64,000 nucleotides of DNA, from NCBI GenBank assembly GCA_038237235.1, contig JBBRYW010000002.1, positions 12,998 through 76,997 on the forward strand, given 5' to 3'. Made by a program: the position numbers and the translations under genes. Below are positions 51,843 to 60,005 of this stretch, piece after piece (position 1 is the stretch's first letter; each line of letters begins with the position of its first letter). The notes beneath the pieces were generated by a model that was not told the DNA's origin, did not search any database, and saw nothing but the letters and a program-made list of their open reading frames with translations. Source of the stretch: Gaiellales bacterium. Its GTDB lineage: Bacteria; Actinomycetota; Thermoleophilia; Gaiellales; Gaiellaceae.

Positions 51843-54566
51843 GTGCTGAGATTCCTCGCCGCGAACCTCCGCCACCGCCCAAGCCGTGCGGTGGCTTTCG
51901 GCGCAGCCATCCTCGTCGCCGCAGTCTCTTTCGTGCTCCTCACCTCGGCGGCCAAGACGTCCGACCTCCGCGTGCGCGGCTCTGTCACGCAGAACTTCCG
52001 AAACGCCTATGACATCCTCGTACGCCCGCGCGGCTCCTTCACCAAGATCGAGCGCGAGAGCGGGCTTGTTCAGGCCAACTACCTGAGCGGCATCTTCGGT
52101 GGGATCACGCTGAGGCAGTACGGCGAGGTCAAGCAGATCCGCGGCGTTCAGGTAGCGGCGCCAATCGCCAACGTCGGCTACATCTTCCCCTTCGTCAACA
52201 AAGCGGTTCTGATCGACGATCTCGTCTCTGGCGCTCCCGCGCAGATGTTCCGACTGAAGCAGTCGTACGTCGCTCAGCGCGGCCTGTCTCGCTACCCAGC
52301 GAACGACTGGTACGTGTACTACACGACGCGCGACCGCCTGCTCTACGACCAGGGCGGCCTGCACCAGGTCCTGCCGGATGGACGCATGGCCGACGTCTGC
52401 AAGAGCTTCGCGAACGAGATTCCCTCTGAAGGCGGCCCATTCCGCCGCCCCTCCTACATGAGCTGCTACTCCCGGCGCTCACCGGGGGAGGACTCCTCAG
52501 CATACAACAGCGATTTCCCAGTCGGTCGGCCCAGCGCGGTGATTGGATTCTACTTTCCGGTACTGCTCGCGGCGATCGACCCGGTTCAGGAGGCTCGATT
52601 GACGAATCTCGACCGCACGATTACCGCCGGGCGGTTCCTGAAGCCTCACGAGCGACCTCGGGTGGGACGCTTCGGGGGTAATTTCGTACCCATCATTGCG
52701 AGCGCGCGACCCTACCTCGACGAGCACCTTTCGATCGAGGTGTCGCGATTGCCAGTCCTCCCTGCAACACCGTTCGCCCTTCGGGTCGGCGGGCCGGACG
52801 CGTACCGCTTCGTCACCCACCTGCCGGCGGGCAAGCTCCTGGCCACGAAGAGAGTCTCGCTCGTTCGCGCCTACGAGCGACTCCTGAGAAGCCGCTTATT
52901 CTCCGATATCTATTGGACACCTTCGAACGTGCGCTACCGCCGAGCTACTGGCGGTCGGCTCTCGGCTATCACGACAGCCAATCCAGAGTCAATCTGGAAA
53001 TCACATATCTACACAGGAGGCTACTTCGCCCCGCCGCACGACAACGCGGACGCACAGTTTCGACGTCTTTACGCCTACAACGGGCGGAATACGTTCGACA
53101 ACCGCGGCGTCTACCGAACCCCGGCTTTTCGGCTTCGAGGCCGCTACGACCCCGCCAAGCTCCCCGGCTTCAGCCCGCTCTCGCGCCTGCCGATGGAGAC
53201 TTACTACCCGCCGCTTGTCGAGGGCGGCGATGCCCGCAGCAGGCGCCTGCTGAAGGGAAAGCCGCTCCTGCCGACGCAGAACGTCGGCGACTACATCCAG
53301 CAGCCGCCGCTGTTTCTGACGACGCTCGAGGGAATGCGGCCGTTCCTCAACCCGGAGTTCTTCCCGGGCGCGAGCGCGAGGGCGCCGATCTCGGTGATCC
53401 GGATCCGCGTTGCTAACGTCAAAGGCCCCGACCCCGAGAGCCGCGCGCGCATCAAGGCGGTCGCGCTCGAGATCCGCGACCGAACCGGCCTCGACGTCGA
53501 CATCACGGCCGGCTCCTCGCCGCGCGAGCTCTTGATCGACCTGCCGGCGGGCAAGTTCGGCCGCCCGGAGCTGCTCTTGAAGGAGGGCTGGGTGAAGAAG
53601 GGCGTCTCGGTCACTTTCTTGAAAGCGCTCGACCGTAAGCGCCTTTTGCTCTTGGCGCTGATCCCGCTCACCTGCGGCTTCTTCCTCATCAACGGTGCCT
53701 TCGCCGCCGCACGGGCGAGGAGACGGGAGCTGGGGACGCTGCTCTGCCTCGGCTGGCCGCGGCGGGCGATCTTCACCGCTCTACTCGGCGAGCTGGCGCT
53801 CGTCGGGCTCGTCGCTGGGTTGCTCGGAACGGCGGTCGCGGCAGCGATCGTTGAGGGCTTCTCGCTCGATGTCTCGCTCGCTCGCACCTTGCTCGTCGTC
53901 CCGCTCGCGCTCGTCCTGCCCATGCTGGCGGGGCTGGTGCCGGCGCTTCGCGCCTCACGCGAGGCGCCGCTCGCCGCCGTGGCGCCGCCGGTCGTCGCCT
54001 CGACGAGCGTCCGCTCAGTGCGAAATCTGCACGGGCTCGTCCTCGCAAACCTCGCCCGCGTGCCGCAGCGGACGCTGGTCGGCGTTCTCGGCATGGTCGT
54101 CGGCGTCGCGGCGCTGACGCTGATCGTCGGCATCGACCACGCCTTCCAGGGCACGCTCGTCGGCACCCTGCTCGGCGACGCGATCCTGTTTCGGATCTCG
54201 GGGCTCGACTTCGTCGCCCTGGGAGTGACGATCGCGCTTGCCGCCTGCTCGCTGGCCGACGTTCTCTTCCTCAACCTGAGCGAGCGCTCAGCCGAGCTCG
54301 TCACCCTGCGTACGCTCGGCTGGCGCCAGCGCCACCTGGCGCGGGTAGTCGCGCTCGAGGCGGTTGGGATGGGCCTCATCGGCGCGCTCGGCGGGGCGCT
54401 GCTGGGCCTCGCGCTCGGGGCGGCGCTTGGGATCTCGCTCCTGCCCTTGCTGGCCGCAGCCGGGCTCGCGGGGGCGGGAGGCCTCCTCGTCAGCCTCGTC
54501 GTCAGCCTGCTGCCGCTGACCCGGGTGGCGGGACTAACGGCACCGGTGGTGCTTGCAGAGGAATGA
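51843..54566 (+). CDS. Large FtsX/MacB-type ABC transporter permease
   Basis: 907 aa with an N-terminal TM helix, a long extracytoplasmic domain and two C-terminal FtsX-like four-helix bundles. Confidence 0.8.
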   Translation: MLRFLAANLRHRPSRAVAFGAAILVAAVSFVLLTSAAKTSDLRVRGSVTQNFRNAYDILVRPRGSFTKIERESGLVQANYLSGIFGGITLRQYGEVKQIRGVQVAAPIANVGYIFPFVNKAVLIDDLVSGAPAQMFRLKQSYVAQRGLSRYPANDWYVYYTTRDRLLYDQGGLHQVLPDGRMADVCKSFANEIPSEGGPFRRPSYMSCYSRRSPGEDSSAYNSDFPVGRPSAVIGFYFPVLLAAIDPVQEARLTNLDRTITAGRFLKPHERPRVGRFGGNFVPIIASARPYLDEHLSIEVSRLPVLPATPFALRVGGPDAYRFVTHLPAGKLLATKRVSLVRAYERLLRSRLFSDIYWTPSNVRYRRATGGRLSAITTANPESIWKSHIYTGGYFAPPHDNADAQFRRLYAYNGRNTFDNRGVYRTPAFRLRGRYDPAKLPGFSPLSRLPMETYYPPLVEGGDARSRRLLKGKPLLPTQNVGDYIQQPPLFLTTLEGMRPFLNPEFFPGASARAPISVIRIRVANVKGPDPESRARIKAVALEIRDRTGLDVDITAGSSPRELLIDLPAGKFGRPELLLKEGWVKKGVSVTFLKALDRKRLLLLALIPLTCGFFLINGAFAAARARRRELGTLLCLGWPRRAIFTALLGELALVGLVAGLLGTAVAAAIVEGFSLDVSLARTLLVVPLALVLPMLAGLVPALRASREAPLAAVAPPVVASTSVRSVRNLHGLVLANLARVPQRTLVGVLGMVVGVAALTLIVGIDHAFQGTLVGTLLGDAILFRISGLDFVALGVTIALAACSLADVLFLNLSERSAELVTLRTLGWRQRHLARVVALEAVGMGLIGALGGALLGLALGAALGISLLPLLAAAGLAGAGGLLVSLVVSLLPLTRVAGLTAPVVLAEE

Positions 54567-54585
54567 AAAGGTCATCACTTCGCAC

Positions 54586-54635
54586 GAATCCGCGCCGCGC
54601 GGATCCGAACACGTTTCGGAATCCGCGCCGCGCGG
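54586..54635. terminator. Two copies of a 17-bp hairpin-forming repeat between convergent genes
   Basis: GAATCCGCGCCGCGCGG occurs at 54586-54602 and 54619-54635. Each contains a CCGCG/CGCGG stem. Confidence 0.4.
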
Positions 54636-54689
54636 TAACTCGGCATGATTTGGTGATCTGTGGGCCGTACGTCGTATGACCCACCTACG

Positions 54690-54971
54690 TCATCGGCATC
54701 GGCAGATGACTGTCCGGCACGGCTCCGTGTTCGCGAGGCACACGCAGCACTCGTCGTTGATGCAGCTGTCGTAGCAGCGGTACTTGTTGTAACCCTGTGC
54801 GCACGTGTTCGTACACGTGTCGTCGCGGCAGCACGCGTCAGCAGCGGACGCGGAGCTCGCTGTAAATAGCGCCATCCCCAAACCTACCGCTGCGAGTTTG
54901 CCCAGACGCCTGAGAAAGTGCGCGCGATTCTCCTGAGAGGTGGACTCGTTCTTTGCCTCGAACTCGTTCAT
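54690..54971 (-). CDS. Tat/Sec-signal precursor of a 12-cysteine small peptide
   Basis: 93 aa. The leader FLRRLGKLAAVGLGMALFTASSASA is followed by ADACCRDDTCTNTCAQGYNKYRCYDSCINDECCVCLANTEPCRTVICRCR. AAGGGAG lies before the ATG. Confidence 0.6.
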   Translation of the reverse strand: MNEFEAKNESTSQENRAHFLRRLGKLAAVGLGMALFTASSASAADACCRDDTCTNTCAQGYNKYRCYDSCINDECCVCLANTEPCRTVICRCR

Positions 54972-55020
54972 GAGGTCTCCCTTGATATCGGCCTCGGTCT
55001 CAACGGTGGTGCTGCGATCG

Positions 55021-55051
55021 CTCCCTTTCTTTCCCCCTTCCTTTCCTTCCT
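55021..55051. repeat. 31-nt pure polypyrimidine (+) / polypurine (-) tract
   Basis: ctccctttctttcccccttcctttccttcct. It lies between the thioredoxin-like stop and the Cys-rich peptide start. Confidence 0.7.
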
Positions 55052-55586
55052 ATCGCTTTGCCAAGTTCTGGATACTTTCGACTGAACCAGGAACGACGCT
55101 GTCCTGGACGACGCCACCGACACCCACGACATACGCCTGCGGGGTCGCGAGGTTGGTGAACGCGGCGGAGACTGCTCCTTCTGCCTGGTAGAGAACCTCG
55201 ATGGTGCTCGGCAGATTGATCGCACGGCCGATCGGCGAGTCTTCCATGACGATGTACAACGGAAGCCCATCCGTTGAAGCGCCTTCGCGCTCGAGCTCGG
55301 CGGCGAGGTTCGCGCACGGCTCGCAGCCAGGCTCCATGAAGAGATACATCGCGGGGGAGCGAAGGAGGTCCGTCGACGAAACGGGCGTGCCGTCACGTCG
55401 ACGCGCAACGAAGTTGCCGACCTTGTCACCCGGCGCCGCGCCGAGGTGCGTTGGGCGCGAAGCCAGCCGCGCCTCAACCCGCTCGAGCACAAGCGTCGCC
55501 CGGCGCAAGAAGCCGAGCTCAACCACGACCGATGTGAGAACAACCACCCAGAGAGCCGCGAACGCCCCGATCCACGGACCGCTCAC
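55050..55586 (-). CDS. Membrane-anchored thioredoxin-fold protein (MauD/TlpA-like, CEPC)
   Basis: 178 aa with an N-terminal TM helix and YLFMEPGCEPCANLAAEL. The GTG overlaps the MauE-like stop (GTGA). Confidence 0.7.
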   Translation of the reverse strand: MSGPWIGAFAALWVVVLTSVVVELGFLRRATLVLERVEARLASRPTHLGAAPGDKVGNFVARRRDGTPVSSTDLLRSPAMYLFMEPGCEPCANLAAELEREGASTDGLPLYIVMEDSPIGRAINLPSTIEVLYQAEGAVSAAFTNLATPQAYVVGVGGVVQDSVVPGSVESIQNLAKR

Positions 55587-56212
55587 GAGGCTCGCCCGGG
55601 TGGCGCGGCGATCAGGTTTCGGAAGCGCATGGCTGCGCGGGTGAGGCTGATGACGGCAAGAGATGCCGTGGTAGCGATCACCAGTGCAAGCGAGTCAGCG
55701 CTCGACATACCGCCGTAGCCGCCGATCAGTGCGTGGTCGAGCGAGAGAGGATTGGCCGAAGCCCAGACGACGACGAGCGCCGCAACTATCAGGACGAGAT
55801 TCCGCGCGACCGTCAACCGAGTGATACGCCTCGGTCCGGCGGCGCCGAGGCAGCCGCAGTCGATCTCGCGCCCGCGTGCGAGGTTGAGAGCAACAGCCGC
55901 GGTGAAGACGAGGAGCACGACGGCGAGCGCTCCGGCGACTCCGCGTGTCGCAAGGCCAAAGGCCAGGGCAAGCCCGCAGACGAGTTCGAGCGGAGGCAGG
56001 AGGCGCGCAATCACGCTCGCGACCCGCGCTGAGACGAGATCATAGGCGCGCACGGTTTTCTCGAACTCGCGCCGCCGTCCCAGTTTGGACGCGGCGGCCG
56101 TCAGGAACACCGTCGCGAGGACAACGCGGCACACGAGTGAAATCACCGTCACAGCCGACCTCCGGGGCGGCGCCGCGAACAGACGCGCCCCACGCCACGA
56201 GGCCGACGACAA
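55583..56212 (-). CDS. MauE/DoxX-family redox-associated membrane protein
   Basis: 209 aa with four TM helices, FLTAAASKLGRRREFEKTVRAYDLV and a CGCLG motif. Confidence 0.7.
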   Translation of the reverse strand: MSSASWRGARLFAAPPRRSAVTVISLVCRVVLATVFLTAAASKLGRRREFEKTVRAYDLVSARVASVIARLLPPLELVCGLALAFGLATRGVAGALAVVLLVFTAAVALNLARGREIDCGCLGAAGPRRITRLTVARNLVLIVAALVVVWASANPLSLDHALIGGYGGMSSADSLALVIATTASLAVISLTRAAMRFRNLIAAPPGRAS

Positions 56213-56542
56213 GCCGCAGATCGCGCAGAGTCGTGCCCTGCCACGCTGCCTCCCTACTTTCGGAGCCGGAACTCCGCTGGATGATACGGGTTCGCCTGCA
56301 TTGCGTCAACTCAGGCGGACTGCGTGGTCGCGCCGCGTTTGCAGCGGCGGCGCACCGAGCGGTCATTTACGCTTCCGGAGCGGCCGACGACGCCTCTTGG
56401 AGCCGGAACTCCGGGGTTCGTTCGTCGGCCGCGTTTATTGCGAGCGCGTTTCTTCCGGCACGGTGGGGTTCGGTGTGCAGACGATCTGGGATATCACCCG
56501 GCAGCGCGCTCGGGAGGGATCTTCGAGCCGCATCACACGCTC

Positions 56543-57463
56543 TCAGCTCATCGAGGAACTACACGAGTGTTCGCCATGCAAGACGAGGCCGCGGCGCGGC
56601 GGCGGCGGACCAGCTCGACGCCGCAGAGCTCCGGCACAGCCCGCCGTCGGGCGAAGGTGGGCCAGATCAGGCCGTCGTAGGGCCGGCCAGATCAGCTCGT
56701 CGCGCCCACGAGGAGGGAAACCGTCAGAACGCCCGCCTCCGGCCCCTGCGTCTACACCGCGCCAGCAAGCGCCCTCGGCGAGTTGCGTTATGCCCTTGGC
56801 CGGCTGTGAGGCCGTCCTCGATAACCCCGTTTCCGTCGTGAGCTCTGCGTCGCTCACCTTCGGAGGCGAGGAAACGGTCGATTGCGTCGAGCGCGGCGTC
56901 GGCGGGTCCGTCGACATCGAGCCATTCGATCTCGACATCGTCGCTCTCCGCATGTTTCCCACGCGCGGGTGGAGCCGCGTCCTCCTCGCTGCGCCTTGCC
57001 AACGATTTCGAGGAAGGCAGCGGTAAGAAGTCCTCCGAGACGGTTTTGCGAGCGCCTCGGAAGTGAAGCAGGAGGTCGGACCGAGGTCGGCGCGCAGCGT
57101 CTCATGCGGCACGGACATCGCCTCGATACGAGCGTCCAAGTGGACCGGTCGCGAGACCAGGGATACCTCGAGCAAATCCGCTTGTGTGACGACGCTGACG
57201 CAGAGCTGGCCGGTGTAGAGGCGACCGCGGATGTGCGGGCGGCCGTGGCGAGTCTTCCCACAGACCAAGCAGTGACGCTCACGCGCGACGTAGGCGACAC
57301 TCATGCCGACGCGGACATGCGCGAGCGCCACCGGGCAGCGCTGCTTGTACTCCCTGCCCTCGCGGTGCAGCTCCCAGCCCAACGTGCGGCGGACATACTC
57401 GCCGGGCGAGGTCGGTACCTGGTGCGCCTCCTCGAACTCGGGCAAGTCCTCGAGCCAGTCCAT
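56543..57463 (-). CDS. Hypothetical protein, boundaries very uncertain
   Basis: Only the segment MDWLEDLPEFEEAHQV...CLVCGKTRHG...LLEVSLVSRPVHLDARIEAM looks protein-like. The distal part of the open frame is Arg/Pro/Ser-rich and may be non-coding. Confidence 0.25.
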   Translation of the reverse strand: MDWLEDLPEFEEAHQVPTSPGEYVRRTLGWELHREGREYKQRCPVALAHVRVGMSVAYVARERHCLVCGKTRHGRPHIRGRLYTGQLCVSVVTQADLLEVSLVSRPVHLDARIEAMSVPHETLRADLGPTSCFTSEALAKPSRRTSYRCLPRNRWQGAARRTRLHPRVGNMRRATMSRSNGSMSTDPPTPRSTQSTVSSPPKVSDAELTTETGLSRTASQPAKGITQLAEGACWRGVDAGAGGGRSDGFPPRGRDELIWPALRRPDLAHLRPTAGCAGALRRRAGPPPPRRGLVLHGEHSCSSSMS

Positions 57464-57707
57464 TGCGCGGCGGAGCGTCGCCAGAGCGTCGCGGCCGTGG
57501 CACTCCACGTCGCGGCGCGAGTGGCGGCGACGGAGCAGGAACTCGATCTCTCCGATCTCGCGGCGGCCCTCTGCGTAGGAGCGTGCGGCCGCGCTCAAGC
57601 CGGGCCGCCGCGAAGGCGTACCGCCCCGGTACCGCGGTCGATCGCCCCGCTCCGCCCTCGCTGCAATCCCGCCGCGCGGTCTTCGGCTCAGTAGGCCCAA
57701 GCGGCGC

Positions 57708-58205
57708 TCAAAGGTCAAGGCCAACCCCGCGGTCGAGCTCAACGACGCGGCGCATCGTCTCCAAGGTGATCGCGTCGGCGGCGCCGTCGGCTTCGAGCAT
57801 GCGGACGAGGTCGCCGGCGCTGGCCACCTCAGTGCGCAGGCCGTCGCCGAGGGATTCTCTCCGCGCTCGGTGGCGCAGGTCTTCGTAGCCTCGGGTGCCG
57901 GTGGGTCGCGCGACGATCTTGATCTCGCCGGCGTCGCTCTCCAACAGGACGACCGGCTCCCGATCTGAGTCGAGCTCGCGGACGTCGAGCGCCTTCCCAT
58001 CCGGGCGGCGAGCGTTCAGGTTCTCGAGCGCCTCTCGGAGCTTCTCGAGGTTCTGCGGCCGCAGCGACGGGCTTAGGTCGAGGCCGCGGGTGACCTCGTC
58101 CGAGCCTTGGATCACCCGCGCGAGCGCTCCGATCACGACGAAGTAGACGCGGGCCTCCTGGAGCTCGCGTAGGACCGCGTACGGATCGAAACGGGTCGAG
58201 CTCAC
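57708..58205 (-). CDS. Minimal nucleotidyltransferase-fold-like protein paired with an XRE HTH gene
   Basis: 165 aa with FVVIGALARVIQGSDEVTRGLDLS. This resembles the G.xA...G..R.T.D.D motif, but the first Asp is replaced by Gly. It overlaps the upstream HTH gene by 4 nt. Confidence 0.5.
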   Translation of the reverse strand: MSSTRFDPYAVLRELQEARVYFVVIGALARVIQGSDEVTRGLDLSPSLRPQNLEKLREALENLNARRPDGKALDVRELDSDREPVVLLESDAGEIKIVARPTGTRGYEDLRHRARRESLGDGLRTEVASAGDLVRMLEADGAADAITLETMRRVVELDRGVGLDL

Positions 58206-58495
58206 TGTCCCTCGATCCGGTCGACCATCGCGCGAAGCCGCTCCTGAGGCGTCAGCCGACTCACCTCCTGAATCCGGGCGTCGCGTTCGAGGTCACGCTC
58301 GAACGGGACCAGTGCGAGCGAGAGGTCGAAGCCGCACGCCTGAAGGACGCGGCGCAGCGTCGAAAAGCCCGGCTCGACAGAGTCCGTCTCCCAGCGGGCG
58401 ATCGAACTCCGCGGCACGCCAAGCTTCTCTGCGAGCTGTTCCTGCGAGAGCTCGGCGCGCAGCCTAGCCGAGCGCATGAGATCGCCGGTCGTCAT
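58202..58495 (-). CDS. XRE-family helix-turn-helix protein
   Basis: LMRSARLRAELSQEQLAEKLGVPRSSIARWETDSVEPGFSTLRRVL. Confidence 0.8.
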   Translation of the reverse strand: MTTGDLMRSARLRAELSQEQLAEKLGVPRSSIARWETDSVEPGFSTLRRVLQACGFDLSLALVPFERDLERDARIQEVSRLTPQERLRAMVDRIEGQ

Positions 58496-58572
58496 CGACC
58501 GGCGAGGACCCGCCGCTTGGGACGCATCTTTAGTACGTGTCGCACTTCTGCTATCATAGCCGCTCGAGGCGA

Positions 58573-58779
58573 ATGACGACCTTGCCGACCTTTCTCACCG
58601 CCGATGAGCTCGCAGCGATCCTGCGCTGCCAGCCCGAGAAGGTCTACCGACTCGCCGCTCACGGAGAGCTTCCCTCCTACAAAGTTCAGGGTCGGCGACT
58701 GTTCGACCACGACGAAGTCGCGCGGTGGCTCGAGGGGCGTCGCGCCGGCGTGCGCTTCGGGGCCCGCGGAGCTGCCTGA
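58573..58779 (+). CDS. xis: Excisionase-family (MerR-like HTH) DNA-binding protein
   Basis: LTADELAAILRCQPEKVYRLAAHGELPSYKVQGRRLFDHDEVARWL. It lies immediately upstream of the integrase. Confidence 0.75.
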   Translation: MTTLPTFLTADELAAILRCQPEKVYRLAAHGELPSYKVQGRRLFDHDEVARWLEGRRAGVRFGARGAA

Positions 58780-58789
58780 GGGGAAGGCT

Positions 58790-59902
58790 ATGGCGTCGAT
58801 CCGCTCCTATCGGACCGCAGGTGGTGACCGCCGCTACTCCGTCCGCTACCGCGACCAGGCCGGGAGTAACCGCTCCCAGACGTTCTCGCTCCACAAGGAC
58901 GCGCAGGCGTTCAAGCTCGATGTCGAGCGCCGCCATCAGGCCGGCCTCCTCTACCAGGCGCCGCCCGAACGCTTCGAGGATGTCGCGCAGGCGTGGCTCG
59001 AGCGGTTCGTGATCGGCGCTGCCGGCCGTGTTCGCCCCCGCCCGAAGACGATCCGCGTCGCCGAGGACTGTCTGCGCTACCTCTCGCCGCTCAACGACCT
59101 CGCGATCGAGCGCATTCGCCGGCCGGTGGTCGAAGATCTCCTCGCGAGCATCGCGACCCATGCGCCGCGCCGCGCGGAGATGACGCTCACGCTGCTCAAG
59201 CGGATCCTCAAGGCAAGCGAGGAGCGCGGCCAGCAGGTCGACCGGACTGTGTACGGGACGCGCATCGCACGGGCGGAGGAGCGCGAGCCGCGCTTCCTCA
59301 CCTGGGACGAGGTGCTCGAGCTCCAGTCCTGGATGCCGGAGTACGTCTCTCGGATCGTCCCACTCGCCGTCCTGACGATGCTGCGCCGCGGCGAGATCCT
59401 CGGCCTTCGAGACGTCGACGTCGACCTCTCGAGCGGCTCGATCTCCGCTTTCTCGCAGCGCCAGGATGGCAAGCGCGTCCAGATGAAGACGCGCGCGGGA
59501 CGGCGAACAGTCGACGTCGGACCGGTCGCCGTCAACCTCCTGCGCGAGCAGCTACTCGCCCGGACGCCGACCGCCGAGGGCTACCTCTTCCCCGCTCCCG
59601 CGGGCGCGGCCTTCGACGGCGACAACTTCATGTCGCGCGTCTTCAAGCCGGCCGCCCGCCACGCCGGTATGCCCGAGCTCACCTTTCACGACCTCCGCCA
59701 CACGGGCGCCTCGCTGATGATCGCCGCGAGCTGTCACGTCAAGGTGATCGCGGAGCGGATGGGTCACTCGGACGGTGGGACGCTTGTCCTCAGACGGTAT
59801 GGACACCTCTACAAGGGCGCAGGCCGACAGGCGGCGATTGCGCTGGAATCGCAGGTTTTCGCCGGAATTGAAAAATTCCGCCGTACCACCCACGTACCAT
59901 GA
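58790..59902 (+). CDS. int: Tyrosine-type site-specific integrase
   Basis: The ATG at 58790 follows GAGGGGAAGG. The N-terminal SAM-like domain is YSVRYRDQAGSNRSQTF. The catalytic region is MLRRGEILGL...HDLRHTGASLMI...MGHSDGGTLVLRRYGHLY. It ends 60 nt from the tRNA. Confidence 0.9.
   Translation: MASIRSYRTAGGDRRYSVRYRDQAGSNRSQTFSLHKDAQAFKLDVERRHQAGLLYQAPPERFEDVAQAWLERFVIGAAGRVRPRPKTIRVAEDCLRYLSPLNDLAIERIRRPVVEDLLASIATHAPRRAEMTLTLLKRILKASEERGQQVDRTVYGTRIARAEEREPRFLTWDEVLELQSWMPEYVSRIVPLAVLTMLRRGEILGLRDVDVDLSSGSISAFSQRQDGKRVQMKTRAGRRTVDVGPVAVNLLREQLLARTPTAEGYLFPAPAGAAFDGDNFMSRVFKPAARHAGMPELTFHDLRHTGASLMIAASCHVKVIAERMGHSDGGTLVLRRYGHLYKGAGRQAAIALESQVFAGIEKFRRTTHVP
59883..59901 (+). repeat. Terminal 19-bp repeat of island 2 (right copy)
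   Basis: gtaccacccacgtaccatg inside the last codons of int. Its partner is at 41707-41725. Confidence 0.6.
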
Positions 59903-59961
59903 ACTGCGACTCTGGTAACAGTCTAGAAAACACGAAACCGCCCAGTTGCGGCGATTTCATC

Positions 59962-60005
59962 AGAGCGGATGAAGGGACTCGAACCCTCGACCTTCTGCAT
60001 GGCAA
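59962..60005 (-). repeat. att-type direct repeat 3 (within the intact tRNA-Gly)
   Basis: The same 44 bp as at 41542-41585. It spans the acceptor 3' strand, the T-arm and the 3' half of the anticodon arm. Confidence 0.9.

Larger units (their letters stand above)
41586..59961. mobile_element. Integrative (probably mobilizable) element, about 18.4 kb, inserted in the 3' end of tRNA-Gly(GCC)
   Basis: Exact 44-bp direct repeats lie at both ends. Integrase and Xis sit next to the intact tRNA and a relaxase-helicase sits at the far end. A 19-bp repeat GTACCAYCCACGTACCATG is found near both termini. Confidence 0.8.

Noticed and set aside
54586-54635. Possible CRISPR-like repeat
   Set aside because: There are only two copies of a 17-bp word with a 16-nt spacer. 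No further repeats and no cas genes are present. The word is palindromic and sits between convergent genes, so it fits a terminator better.
56085-57026. 313-aa plus-strand ORF and several other frames in 56213-57050
   Set aside because: All are Arg/Pro/Ser/Ala-rich without motifs. I cannot decide what, if anything, is coding here. Only the short acidic frame 56724-57002 (-) and the 57040-57463 (-) segment look faintly protein-like.
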